64,000 nucleotides of DNA, taken from Opitutales bacterium (GTDB taxonomy: Bacteria; Verrucomicrobiota; Verrucomicrobiia; Opitutales; UBA2987). Position 1 is the first letter of the stretch. Each line of letters starts with the position of its first letter. The notes under the pieces were generated by a model. The model was not told where the DNA came from. It searched no databases and worked only from the letters and a program-made list of their open reading frames with translations. The stretch is taken from contig CBDDEL010000013.1 in NCBI GenBank assembly GCA_965226885.1, forward strand, positions 32,001 through 96,000, read 5' to 3'. Shown piece by piece: positions 12,092 through 23,700 of this stretch. The position numbers were made by a program, and so were the translations under genes.

Positions 12092-12122
12092 TGCAAAGGG
12101 CGGTAAATACCACAACAATTAA

Positions 12123-13649
12123 CCCGGATATTTCGTAAAAAAAGTATCGTTGATATGCTTAACTGCTGATATACAGCAGGATAGATCAATAATTAAAGCA
12201 ATATCAGCGATGACAAAAGGTAAACAATTAAAGCTACAGTTGACAAGGGTAAAAGGCCGCCGTGTGCGGGTTGATTTCAAGGGCGGAGAGGTTACTTCGG
12301 ATGCCGGACTGCTTTTGATCCGGGAAGTGGATCGGCAGTTGGGCTTGACCGAACGAGCGGCCCGACAGTTAGTGGACAAACGGCAGAAGGGCAAAGTACG
12401 CCATGAGGTATTGGGGATGCTGCGGCAGCGCGTTTACGGGCTGGTGGCGGGCTATGAGGATTTGAACGACTTTGATACCCTGCGCCACGATCCATTGTTG
12501 CAAACGGTAACGGGGCGCATTGAAACGTTGGCCAGCGCGCCGACTTTGTGTCGTTTTGAAAACGGGCAGGATCGGCGGGCGGCCTTTGCGGTAAACGAGC
12601 TGTTGGTCGAACAGTTCATGGGCTCCTTTGCCGAGGAACCCGAAGAGATCATCCTGGACTTTGACGCCACCGACAATCCGGTGCACGGGCTCCAGGAGGG
12701 ACGTTTTTTCCACGGTTATTATGATCATTACTGTTTTCTGCCGCTATATGTTTTTTGCGGTGATCAGCTGCTGGTGGCCTACCTGCGGCCGAGCAAGATC
12801 GATGCCAGCAAGCATGCCGGGGCCATCCTCAAATTGCTGGTTAAACGGATTCGCCAAAGCTGGCCCCGTACGCGGATTATTTGGCGCGCCGACAGTGGAT
12901 TTTGTCGAGACCGGATACTCTCTTGGTGCGACCGCAACGAAGTTAGTTACATCGTGGGGATGGCTCGCAATGCACGCTTGCAGCAAGACGCCCAGCAGTT
13001 GCAAAAGCAGGCCAAAGAATGGTTCGAACTAAGGGGTAAAAAACAACGGTTATTCCAGGACTTCGTCTATGCTGCCGATTCGTGGCGATGGCTGCGGTTG
13101 GTCATCCATAAAGCCGAACACACCGCACAGGGGTCCAACCCGCGCTTCGTGGTGACGAACCTGCCGGGCGATCCCCAGGAGCTTTACGACAAGGTATACT
13201 GTGGCCGCGGTGAAATGGAGAACCGAATCAAGGAACAGATGCAATTGTTCAGCGAGCGCACCAGCGCCCATCAATGGTGGGCCAATCAGTGGCGATTGCT
13301 CTTGTCGGCGCTGGCCTACACCTTGATGGAAGCCATGCGCCGGTTAGCCTTAAAAGGGACGAAGTGGGCGCGGGCCCAATGCCACACCCTGCGGCTCAAA
13401 TTAATCAAGATCGGAGCGGTCATCGTGCGCAACACCCGAACGATTCACTTTCACCTAAGTGAGAGTTATCCTTGGGCCAGTCTTTTCAACCATGCGGCCC
13501 GCCGATTGGTGCCAACCTAAAGGGTGCATTGGTGCTGCCCCCGGCACTACCGAACCAATGGGGGAAAGGGGGCAGTGTCTCTACACCCTGAAAAACACCT
13601 AAAAATCAAGACGATCTGCTCAAAATACAAAGAAATCCATCTCCAATAG
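12123..13649 (+). mobile_element. IS1380-family element copy 1, lacking the last 40 bp (cut by IS21)
   Basis: IRL CCCGGATATTTCGTAA follows target TTAA. Sequence matches the 1567-bp full copies up to ...CTCCAATAG. Confidence 0.93.
12210..13520 (+). CDS. IS1380-family DDE transposase
   Basis: Motifs 'F.GG.VTSDAGLLL', 'GYEDLND...LR.DP', 'ILDFDATD.P.HG.QE', 'RADSGF', 'RGEMENRIKE'. Likely start MTKGK. Confidence 0.93.
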   Translation: MTKGKQLKLQLTRVKGRRVRVDFKGGEVTSDAGLLLIREVDRQLGLTERAARQLVDKRQKGKVRHEVLGMLRQRVYGLVAGYEDLNDFDTLRHDPLLQTVTGRIETLASAPTLCRFENGQDRRAAFAVNELLVEQFMGSFAEEPEEIILDFDATDNPVHGLQEGRFFHGYYDHYCFLPLYVFCGDQLLVAYLRPSKIDASKHAGAILKLLVKRIRQSWPRTRIIWRADSGFCRDRILSWCDRNEVSYIVGMARNARLQQDAQQLQKQAKEWFELRGKKQRLFQDFVYAADSWRWLRLVIHKAEHTAQGSNPRFVVTNLPGDPQELYDKVYCGRGEMENRIKEQMQLFSERTSAHQWWANQWRLLLSALAYTLMEAMRRLALKGTKWARAQCHTLRLKLIKIGAVIVRNTRTIHFHLSESYPWASLFNHAARRLVPT

Positions 13650-15992
13650 TGTAAACGCCGGGGAAAAACCGGTACGGTAAAGAGGGCGCTTTAAAACCGG
13701 TACGCTTATCCTAGAAAGGAGGAGTGTATCGAGATATGAAGCAATGGACAAGAGTGCGGCACAAAGTGCTGCGGGACAAGCAGAGCAAGCGCTCTGTAAT
13801 GCGAGAAGAGGGACTGCACTGGGAGACCCTGGGAAAGATGCTGGCCTATTCCCAGCCGCCGGGATACCGGCGCAAGAAGAGGCGAGAGCGCAAGATCGAT
13901 CCGTATGTGGGCTGGATCGAGGAGGTGCTCAAAGCGGACCGGAACGTGCCCAAGAAGCAGCGCCATACGGCCAAACGGATCTACCAGCGTTTGGGTCGGG
14001 AGAAGGGCTACCAAGGGGGCTACACGGCGGTCAAGGAGGTGGTGGCCGAGCTGCGAGCGAGGCGGCGGGAAGTGTTCGTGCCGCTGGAGCACCGCCCCGG
14101 GGAGGGACAGGTGGACTTCGGTCATGCCCTGGTGAAGGAGGCGGGGCAATTGCGTAGGCGGCCATTTTTTGCCATGAGCCTGCCCTACAGCGATGCCTTT
14201 TTCGTGCAGGTGTTCGAACGGGAGTGCACGGAGAGCTTCTGGGAGGGGCACCTGCGAGCTTTTGAGTTTTTCGGGGCGGTGCCCCGGCGCATCAGCTATG
14301 ACAACTCGAAGGTGGCGGTGGGTAAGATTATCGGTTCGCGTGAACGCAAGCTGACCGACGGGTTTCTGCAGCTACAGAGCCATTACCTGTTCGAGGAACA
14401 CTTCTGTCTGCCCGCCCGGCCCAACGAGAAGGGCGTGGTCGAGGGGATCGTGCGTTATGCCCGGGCCAACTTCCTGGTACCGGTACCGCAGGTTCGGGAC
14501 CTGGAGGAACTCAACGCAAAGCTGTTGGAGGCATGTGAGCGGGACATGGAGCGTAAATTACGCGGGAAAAGGGCGGTGAAAAAGGAACTGCTGGCCGAGG
14601 AGCGCGCCGTCATGCTGGCGTTGCCGCCCATACCCTTTGAAGCGGAGCCGCAAACGCTCGACCTGCGTCAGCAGCCTCTCGCTGGTGCGCTTCGAGTGCA
14701 ACGACTATTCGGTGCCGGTGCGCTGCGCCCACCATCCGGTGGTGGTGGAAGGGTCCTGTCGGCAGGTGGTGATCTTCTGTGGGGGCCAAGAGGTGGCCCC
14801 GGCACCGCCGCATTTGGGATAAAGAGCAAGTCTCTTTCGAGCCGGTGCACTACCTGGCTTTGCTGGAGAAAAAACCGGGCGCTTTGGACTTCGCCCGCCC
14901 ACTCTCGGGCTGGCAGTTGCCGCAGTGCCTGCAGGTCCTCAGACGCCGGCTCGAAAGCCAATGCGGGGGCGAAGGCACCCGGGAGTATATCCGGGTGCTG
15001 CGGCTGTTGGAGAAACACCCCATGGCGGCCTTGCAGCAGGCCGTCGTCTCGGCCCTGCGGGTGGGGGGACTGACTCGTGAGGCCATCGCCCAGTATCTCT
15101 ATCCTCAGGAAGACTACGGGAGCAGAACCTTCCGGCTGGACGGCCATCCACACCTGCGTCACGTCCGTGTGGCCGCCCCTGACCTCGGTGCCTACAGCGA
15201 ACTGCTCAAGATTCCAGGAGGGGCTTTATGAAGGAAGAAAAAAACCAGCTGCTGTTACACCATCACCTCAAGAAACTGAAGTTGCCCACCATCCTGCGCG
15301 AATGGCCGGCGGTGGCCGCGGCTTGTTCCCGGGACCGGCTCGATTACGCCGCCTTTTTGTTGCATCTGGTCGAACGGGAGCTCATTGAACGCGAACAGCG
15401 GGCCGCCCAGCGGCGGATCAAAAACGCCCGTTTCCCCGTGCTCAAGACCCTCGAGAGCTTCGCCTTTGAAGCGCAGCCCTCGATCAACGAAGCGCTCATC
15501 CGAGAGCTCATGCGCGGGGAGTATGTCGACCAGCGCGAAAACGTGCTGCTCCTCGGTAACGCCGGTACCGGTAAAACGCACCTGGCCACCGCCCTGGGCT
15601 TTGCCGCCTGTGCCCAGGGCCGGCGGATCCGTTTCTTCGGGGTCACCGCCCTGGTTACCCATATGCTCGAGCAACGCGACAACCACGACCTGCAGCGCTT
15701 CATGAAGCAACTCGAAAGGCTCGACCTACTCATCCTCGACGAACTCGGTTACGTCCCTTTTTCCAAGACCGGTTCCGAACTGCTCTTCGACGTGGTCAGC
15801 CGCGCTTACGAGCGCACCAGTCTCATCGTCACCACCAACCTGCCCTTTGAGAACTGGATCGAAGTGCTCGGTTCCGAACGGCTCACCGGAGCTCTGCTGG
15901 ACCGACTCACCCATCGGGTGCATATCCTCGAAGCCAACGGGCAAAGCTACCGCTTGCTCGACGCCGTCGCCGTGGCCCAAAACAATAAACGC
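13650..15992 (+). mobile_element. IS21-family element, right end lost
   Basis: Begins TGTAAACGCC; subterminal repeat AAAACCGGTACG at 13665 and 13693; carries istA and istB; no right IR before the IS3 element. Confidence 0.88.
13724..15231 (+). pseudogene. istA: IstA transposase with two frameshifts (~14645, ~14797)
   Basis: Motifs 'KQRHTAKRIY.RL', 'GQVDFG', 'YDN', 'NEKG.VE'. The continuation is in other frames (SLSLVRF..NDYSVP; EPVHYLALLEKKPGALD.ARPL). Confidence 0.87.
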
Positions 15993-15995
15993 TGA
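15228..15995 (+). CDS. istB: IstB AAA+ helper ATPase
   Basis: Walker A GNAGTGKT, Walker B LLILDELG, and 'LLDRLTH'. The stop codon is the terminal TGA of the adjacent IS3. Confidence 0.9.
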   Translation: MKEEKNQLLLHHHLKKLKLPTILREWPAVAAACSRDRLDYAAFLLHLVERELIEREQRAAQRRIKNARFPVLKTLESFAFEAQPSINEALIRELMRGEYVDQRENVLLLGNAGTGKTHLATALGFAACAQGRRIRFFGVTALVTHMLEQRDNHDLQRFMKQLERLDLLILDELGYVPFSKTGSELLFDVVSRAYERTSLIVTTNLPFENWIEVLGSERLTGALLDRLTHRVHILEANGQSYRLLDAVAVAQNNKR

Positions 15996-17277
15996 TCGGA
16001 CCCCATCTTTGCTACCACTTTAAGTGAGAGTATTTCCGTAGGTTTGGTATTGTAGGTTTTGCAGCGGGTGGCGCAATGAGGCCGTAGGCCGAATGGAGCC
16101 AGCCGCTGCTTTGTTGATTGTTCGCCAGAGTCTGGCAAATGTATTTGGGGAGAGAAAGCCTAATCGGCTGTGGGGGTGTTTCGCGTTGTATTTGTGTCGC
16201 CATTGTTCGACCACCACACGCGCTTCGGTCACGCTCAGGAACAGTTCCTGGTTAAGGCATTCATCGCGCAAACGATTATGAAAGGATTCTATATGTCCAT
16301 TCTGCCAAGGGCTTCCTGGATCAATGTATGCGATGGCAATTTCCTGTCGCTGCAGTTCTTCTTTGACTTGGTGGGCTATAAACTCCGATCCGTTGTCCGA
16401 GCGGATGCACTGAGGTTTGCCGTTCTCTCTTATGGCATCGTTCAATACCTCTACCACATCGGCACTTTTCAGTGAGCGCGCAACCTTAATGGCCAGGCAT
16501 TGACGGGTATGTTCATCGATCAGTGTCAAGAGCCTGAGCGGACCGCCCCGGTCGGTGCGATCCGCCACGAAGTCCCAACTCCACACATGGTTGGGCTGCA
16601 CTGCTCGGGTCGGGGTAGCCGTGGATTGGCCCTGCCGGCGACGGCGCTTGCCAGACGGGCGCACACCCAGTCCTTCGAAACGACGCACTTTTTGGACGAA
16701 TTTGCGACTCACGGGCCAACCTTCATGGGCCAACAAAGCGCGGATCCGACGATAGCCATAGCGCGGATGCTTCTTCGAAAAGGCAATGATGCGTGCCACC
16801 AGTTTATGCCTATACTCAGTAGCTTTCTTGGGTTCATACAGGTAGGTTGAGCGGTGCAACCCAAAATACTGACAGGCCCGACGCAGCGAGCACGACCCTT
16901 GGGCCAATACATGCTTCACCGCTTCCTTTTTCTGCTTCGGGCCTACCATTTTTTTGCGTTCACCTCCTTGAGCACACGGTTCTCCAGCATCTGCTCGGCT
17001 ACTATCTTCTTAAGCTGCGTGTTTTCGCGCTCCAGCTCCTTCAGCCGCTTGGCGCCACGCAGCTCCATGCGGCCATACTTTTTACGCCAACGATGGTAGC
17101 TTTGAGGACTGATATTGTGGGACCGACAGACATCCTGAATGCCTTTGCCTGCGTCTACTTCGCGCAGTATCGTTATGATTTGTTCAGGGGTGTATCTTTT
17201 TTGCTTCATAGGTCTTTCCGGTAATTTCTCCAGAAAGACTCTCACTGGCAATGGTAGTGTTTTCGGCGGTCACATCA
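15993..17277 (-). mobile_element. IS3-family element (IS407-like)
   Basis: Imperfect ~45-bp IRs TGAT...CTACCA...AGTGAGAGT. orfA 17209-16943 (RLKELEREN..LKK) and orfB 16949-16020 (WSWDF, RSDNGSEF, PGSPWQNG.IESF) overlap at AAAAAAATGG in the -1 frame. No TSD seen. Confidence 0.9.
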
Positions 17278-17397
17278 ATTCAATTGCCGGATTAATAAGA
17301 TGAACCCATTCATCGTTTTCGTTTTTGAATATAACTGTGATTTCGCTTGAATCCAAACCTTGTTCGACAGCTTTCAGTATCCATTCAAGAGCCTTAG

Positions 17398-18964
17398 CCC
17401 GGATATTTCGTAAAAAAAGTATCGTTGATATGCTTAACTGCTGATATACAGCAGGATAGATCAATAATTAAAGCAATATCAGCGATGACAAAAGGTAAAC
17501 AATTAAAGCTACAGTTGACAAGGGTAAAAGGCCGCCGTGTGCGGGTTGATTTCAAGGGCGGAGAGGTTACTTCGGATGCCGGACTGCTTTTGATCCGGGA
17601 AGTGGATCGGCAGTTGGGCTTGACCGAACGAGCGGCCCGACAGTTAGTGGACAAACGGCAGAAGGGCAAAGTACGCCATGAGGTATTGGGGATGCTGCGG
17701 CAGCGCGTTTACGGGCTGGTGGCGGGCTATGAGGATTTGAACGACTTTGATACCCTGCGCCACGATCCATTGTTGCAAACGGTAACGGGGCGCATTGAAA
17801 CGTTGGCCAGCGCGCCGACTTTGTGTCGTTTTGAAAACGGGCAGGATCGGCGGGCGGCCTTTGCGGTAAACGAGCTGTTGGTCGAACAGTTCATGGGCTC
17901 CTTTGCCGAGGAACCCGAAGAGATCATCCTGGACTTTGACGCCACCGACAATCCGGTGCACGGGCTCCAGGAGGGACGTTTTTTCCACGGTTATTATGAT
18001 CATTACTGTTTTCTGCCGCTATATGTTTTTTGCGGTGATCAGCTGCTGGTGGCCTACCTGCGGCCGAGCAAGATCGATGCCAGCAAGCATGCCGGGGCCA
18101 TCCTCAAATTGCTGGTTAAACGGATTCGCCAAAGCTGGCCCCGTACGCGGATTATTTGGCGCGCCGACAGTGGATTTTGTCGAGACCGGATACTCTCTTG
18201 GTGCGACCGCAACGAAGTTAGTTACATCGTGGGGATGGCTCGCAATGCACGCTTGCAGCAAGACGCCCAGCAGTTGCAAAAGCAGGCCAAAGAATGGTTC
18301 GAACTAAGGGGTAAAAAACAACGGTTATTCCAGGACTTCGTCTATGCTGCCGATTCGTGGCGATGGCTGCGGTTGGTCATCCATAAAGCCGAACACACCG
18401 CACAGGGGTCCAACCCGCGCTTCGTGGTGACGAACCTGCCGGGTGATCCCCAGGAGCTTTACGACAAGGTATACTGTGGCCGCGGTGAAATGGAGAACCG
18501 AATCAAGGAACAGATGCAATTGTTCAGCGAGCGCACCAGCGCCCATCAATGGTGGGCCAATCAGTGGCGATTGCTCTTGTCGGCGCTGGCCTACACCTTG
18601 ATGGAAGCCATGCGCCGGTTAGCCTTAAAAGGGACGAAGTGGGCGCGGGCCCAATGCCACACCCTGCGGCTCAAATTAATCAAGATCGGAGCGGTCATCG
18701 TGCGCAACACCCGAACGATTCACTTTCACCTAAGTGAGAGTTATCCTTGGGCCAGTCTTTTCAACCATGCGGCCCGCCGATTGGTGCCAACCTAAAGGGT
18801 GCATTGGTGCTGCCCCCGGCACTACCGAACCAATGGGGGAAAGGGGGCAGTGTCTCTACACCCTGAAAAACACCTAAAAATCAAGACGATCTGCTCAAAA
18901 TACAAAGAAATCCATCTCCAATAGCAATAACGAGCCAAACTTTACCCTTCATGAAATATCCGGG
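17398..18964 (+). mobile_element. IS1380-family copy 2 (1567 bp, intact transposase 17485-18795)
   Basis: IRs CCCGGATATTTC...GAAATATCCGGG; flanked by TTAG on both sides. Confidence 0.96.
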
Positions 18965-18968
18965 TTAG

Positions 18969-21900
18969 CCCGGATATTTCGTAAAAAAAGTATCGTTGAT
19001 ATGCTTAACTGCTGACGTTGATATGCTTAACTGCTGATATACAGCAGGATAGATCAATAATTAAAGCAATATCAGCGATGACAAAAGGTAAACAATTAAA
19101 GCTACAGTTGACAAGGGTAAAAGGCCGCCGTGTGCGGGTTGATTTCAAGGGCGGAGAGGTTACTTCGGATGCCGGACTGCTTTTGATCCGGGAAGTGGAT
19201 CGGCAGTTGGGCTTGACCGAACGAGCGGCCCGACAGTTAGTGGACAAACGGCAGAAGGGCAAAGTACGCCATGAGGTATTGGGGATGCTGCGGCAGCGCG
19301 TTTACGGGCTGGTGGCGGGCTATCCCGGATATTTCATGAAGGGTAAAGTTTGGCTCGTTATTGCTATTGGAGATGGATTTCTTTGTATTTTGAGCAGATC
19401 GTCTTGATTTTTAGGTGTTTTTCAGGGTGTAGAGACACTGCCCCCTTTCCCCCATTGGTTCGGTAGTGCCGGGGGCAGCACCAATGCACCCTTTAGGTTG
19501 GCACCAATCGGCGGGCCGCATGGTTGAAAAGACTGGCCCAAGGATAACTCTCACTTAGGTGAAAGTGAATCGTTCGGGTGTTGCGCACGATGACCGCTCC
19601 GATCTTGATTAATTTGAGCCGCAGGGTGTGGCATTGGGCCCGCGCCCACTTCGTCCCTTTTAAGGCTAACCGGCGCATGGCTTCCATCAAGGTGTAGGCC
19701 AGCGCCGACAAGAGCAATCGCCACTGATGGCCCACCATTGATGGGCGCTGGTGCGCTCGCTGAACAATTGCATCTGTTCCTTGATTCGGTTCTCCATTTC
19801 ACCGCGGCCACAGTATACCTTGTCGTAAAGCTCCTGGGGATCGCCCGGCAGGTTCGTCACCACGAAGCGCGGGTTGGACCCCTGTGCGGTGTGTTCGGCT
19901 TTATGGATGACCAACCGCAGCCATCGCCACGAATCGGCAGCATAGACGAAGTCCTGGAATAACCGTTGTTTTTTACCCCTTAGTTCGAACCATTCTTTGG
20001 CCTGCTTTTGCAACTGCTGGGCGTCTTGCTGCAAGCGTGCATTGCGAGCCATCCCCACGATGTAACTAACTTCGTTGCGGTCGCACCAAGAGAGTATCCG
20101 GTCTCGACAAAATTCACTGTCGGCGCGCCAAATAATCCGCGTACGGGGCCAGCTTTGGCGAATCCGTTTAACCAGCAATTTGAGGATGGCCCCGGCATGC
20201 TTGCTGGCATCGATCTTGCTCGGCCGCAGGTAGGCCACCAGCAGCTGATCACCGCAAAAAACATATAGCGGCAGAAAACAGTAATGATCATAATAACCGT
20301 GGAAAAAACGTCCCTCCTGGAGCCCGTGCACCGGATTGTCGGTGGCGTCAAAGTCCAGGATGATCTCTTCGGGTTCCTCGGCAAAGGAGCCCATGAACTG
20401 TTCGACCAACAGCTCGTTTACCGCAAAGGCCGCCCGCCGATCCTGCCCGTTTTCAAAACGACACAAAGTCGGCGCGCTGGCCAACGTTTCAATGCGCCCC
20501 GTTACCGTTTGCAACAATGGATCGTGGCGCAGGGTATCAAAGTCGTTCAAATCCTCATAGCCCGCCACCAGCCCGTAAACGCGCTGCCGCAGCATCCCCA
20601 ATACCTCATGGCGTACTTTGCCCTTCTGCCGTTTGTCCACTAACTGTCGGGCCGCTCGTTCGGTCAAGCCCAACTGCCGATCCACTTCCCGGATCAAAAG
20701 CAGTCCGGCATCCGAAGTAACCTCTCCGCCCTTGAAATCAACCCGCACACGGCGGCCTTTTACCCTTGTCAACTGTAGCTTTAATTGTTTACCTTTTGTC
20801 ATCGCTGATATTGCTTTAATTATTGATCTATCCTGCTGTATATCAGCAGTTAAGCATATCAACGATACTTTTTTTACGAAATATCCGGGCTATGAGGATT
20901 TGAACGACTTTGATACCCTGCGCCACGATCCATTGTTGCAAACGGTAACGGGGCGCATTGAAACGTTGGCCAGCGCGCCGACTTTGTGTCGTTTTGAAAA
21001 CGGGCAGGATCGGCGGGCGGCCTTTGCGGTAAACGAGCTGTTGGTCGAACAGTTCATGGGCTCCTTTGCCGAGGAACCCGAAGAGATCATCCTGGACTTT
21101 GACGCCACCGACAATCCGGTGCATGGGCTCCAGGAGGGACGTTTTTTCCACGGTTATTATGATCATTACTGTTTTCTGCCGCTATATGTTTTTTGCGGTG
21201 ATCAGCTGCTGGTGGCCTACCTGCGGCCGAGCAAGATCGATGCCAGCAAGCATGCCGGGGCCATCCTCAAATTGCTGGTTAAACGGATGCGCCAAAGCTG
21301 GCCCCGTACGCGGATTATTTGGCGCGCCGACAGTGGATTTTGTCGAGACCGGATACTCTCTTGGTGCGACCGCAACGAAGTTAGTTACATCGTGGGGATG
21401 GCTCGCAATGCACGCTTGCAGCAAGACGCCCAGCAGTTGCAAAAGCAGGCCAAAGAATGGTTCGAACTAAGGGGTAAAAAACAACGGTTATTCCAGGACT
21501 TCGTCTATGCTGCCGATTCGTGGCGATGGCTGCGGTTGGTCATCCATAAAGCCGAACACACCGCACAGGGGTCCAACCCGCGCTTCGTGGTGACGAACCT
21601 GCCGGGCGATCCCCAGGAGCTTTACGACAAGGTATACTGTGGCCGCGGTGAAATGGAGAACCGAATCAAGGAACAGATGCAATTGTTCAGCGAGCGCACC
21701 AGCGCCCATCAATGGTGGGCCAATCAGTGGCGATTGCTCTTGTCGGCGCTGGCCTACACCTTGATGGAAGCCATGCGCCGGTTAGCCTTAAAAGGGACGA
21801 AGTGGGCGCGGGCCCAATGGCACACCCTGCGGCTCAAATTAATCAAGATCGGAGCGGTCATCGTGCGCAACACCCGAACGATTCACTTTCACCTAAGTGA

Positions 21901-22129
21901 GAGTTATCCTTGGGCCAGTCTTTTCAACCATGCGGCCCGCCGATTGGTGCCAACCATTGGTGCCAACCTAAAGGGTGCCCCCGGCACTACCGAACCAATG
22001 GGGGAAAGGGGGCAGTGTCTCTACACCCTGAAAAACACCTAAAAATCAAGACGATCTGCTCAAAATACAAAGAAATCCATCTCCAATAGCAATAACGAGC
22101 CAAACTTTACCCTTCATGAAATATCCGGG
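18969..22129 (+). mobile_element. IS1380-family copy 3, split by copy 4
   Basis: Segments 18969-19323 and 20894-22129. Carries a 22-bp duplication, a 13-bp duplication and an 11-bp deletion; lengths sum to 1591 = 1567+22+13-11. Confidence 0.93.
19324..20889 (-). mobile_element. IS1380-family copy 4, inverted inside copy 3; transposase frameshifted
   Basis: 4-bp TSD CTAT (19320-19323, 20890-20893); 1566 bp with a 1-bp deletion near 19728. Confidence 0.94.
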
Positions 22130-22133
22130 CTAA

Positions 22134-23700
22134 CCCGGATATTTCGTAAAAAAAGTATCGTTGATATGCTTAACTGCTGATATACAGCAGGATAGATCAA
22201 TAATTAAAGCAATATCAGCGATGACAAAAGGTAAACAATTAAAGCTACAGTTGACAAGGGTAAAAGGCCGCCGTGTGCGGGTTGATTTCAAGGGCGGAGA
22301 GGTTACTTCGGATGCCGGACTGCTTTTGATCCGGGAAGTGGATCGGCAGTTGGGCTTGACCGAACGAGCGGCCCGACAGTTAGTGGACAAACGGCAGAAG
22401 GGCAAAGTACGCCATGAGGTATTGGGGATGCTGCGGCAGCGCGTTTACGGGCTGGTGGCGGGCTATGAGGATTTGAACGACTTTGATACCCTGCGCCACG
22501 ATCCATTGTTGCAAACGGTAACGGGGCGCATTGAAACGTTGGCCAGCGCGCCGACTTTGTGTCGTTTTGAAAACGGGCAGGATCGGCGGGCGGCCTTTGC
22601 GGTAAACGAGCTGTTGGTCGAACAGTTCATGGGCTCCTTTGCCGAGGAACCCGAAGAGATCATCCTGGACTTTGACGCCACCGACAATCCGGTGCACGGG
22701 CTCCAGGAGGGACGTTTTTTCCACGGTTATTATGATCATTACTGTTTTCTGCCGCTATATGTTTTTTGCGGTGATCAGCTGCTGGTGGCCTACCTGCGGC
22801 CGAGCAAGTTCGATGCCAGCAAGCATGCCGGGGCCATCCTCAAATTGCTGGTTAAACGGATTCGCCAAAGCTGGCCCCGTACGCGGATTATTTGGCGCGC
22901 CGACAGTGGATTTTGTCGAGACCGGATACTCTCTTGGTGCGACCGCAACGAAGTTAGTTACATCGTGGGGATGGCTCGCAATGCACGCTTGCAGCAAGAC
23001 GCCCAGCAGTTGCAAAAGCAGGCCAAAGAATGGTTCGAACTAAGGGGTAAAAAACAACGGTTATTCCAGGACTTCGTCTATGCTGCCGATTCGTGGCGAT
23101 GGCTGCGGTTGGTCATCCATAAAGCCGAACACACCGCACAGGGGTCCAACCCGCGCTTCGTGGTGACGAACCTGCCGGGCGATCCCCAGGAGCTTTACGA
23201 CAAGGTATACTGTGGCCGCGGTGAAATGGAGAACCGAATCAAGGAACAGATGCAATTGTTCAGCGAGCGCACCAGCGCCCATCAATGGTGGGCCAATCAG
23301 TGGCGATTGCTCTTGTCGGCGCTGGCCTACACCTTGATGGAAGCCATGCGCCGGTTAGCCTTAAAAGGGACGAAGTGGGCGCGGGCCCAATGCCACACCC
23401 TGCGGCTCAAATTAATCAAGATCGGAGCGGTCATCGTGCGCAACACCCGAACGATTCACTTTCACCTAAGTGAGAGTTATCCTTGGGCCAGTCTTTTCAA
23501 CCATGCGGCCCGCCGATTGGTGCCAACCTAAAGGGTGCATTGGTGCTGCCCCCGGCACTACCGAACCAATGGGGGAAAGGGGGCAGTGTCTCTACACCCT
23601 GAAAAACACCTAAAAATCAAGACGATCTGCTCAAAATACAAAGAAATCCATCTCCAATAGCAATAACGAGCCAAACTTTACCCTTCATGAAATATCCGGG
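22134..23700 (+). mobile_element. IS1380-family copy 5 (1567 bp, transposase 22221-23531)
   Basis: Full IRs; preceded by CTAA and followed by TTAG; one I>F substitution. Confidence 0.96.

Larger units (their letters stand above)
7192..12122 (+). pseudogene. PilX/GspK-type minor-pilin-like protein (Verru_Chthon cassette A-like), interrupted by three IS1 copies and truncated by IS1380
   Basis: N-terminal KEG|FALILALGL hydrophobic helix; motifs 'ARQNA..GL.IALGELQ..AGPD.RVTA.A', 'YAYWVSDEGVKA', 'FNVNSTSV.AWK', 'PF.S.EQFVN'. Removing each IS plus one TSD gives one continuous frame of about 835 codons (...ELWNPYSFP...; ...QFVNSAILQRAVNTTTI). The C-terminus is missing. Confidence 0.85.

Noticed and set aside
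17253..17260. GGTAGTGT (IS1 end motif) inside the IS3 end
   Set aside because: Only 8 bp, and it aligns as part of the IS3 inverted repeat; no other IS1 sequence follows.
17278..17397. Minus-strand fragment KALEWILKAVEQG...
   Set aside because: Joining it across the array to 23705 onward gives no long frame; too short to assign.
20618..22042. 474-aa ORF that looks like a transposase with a novel N-terminus
   Set aside because: It is a chance fusion of the antisense strand of inverted copy 4 with the 3' part of copy 3.
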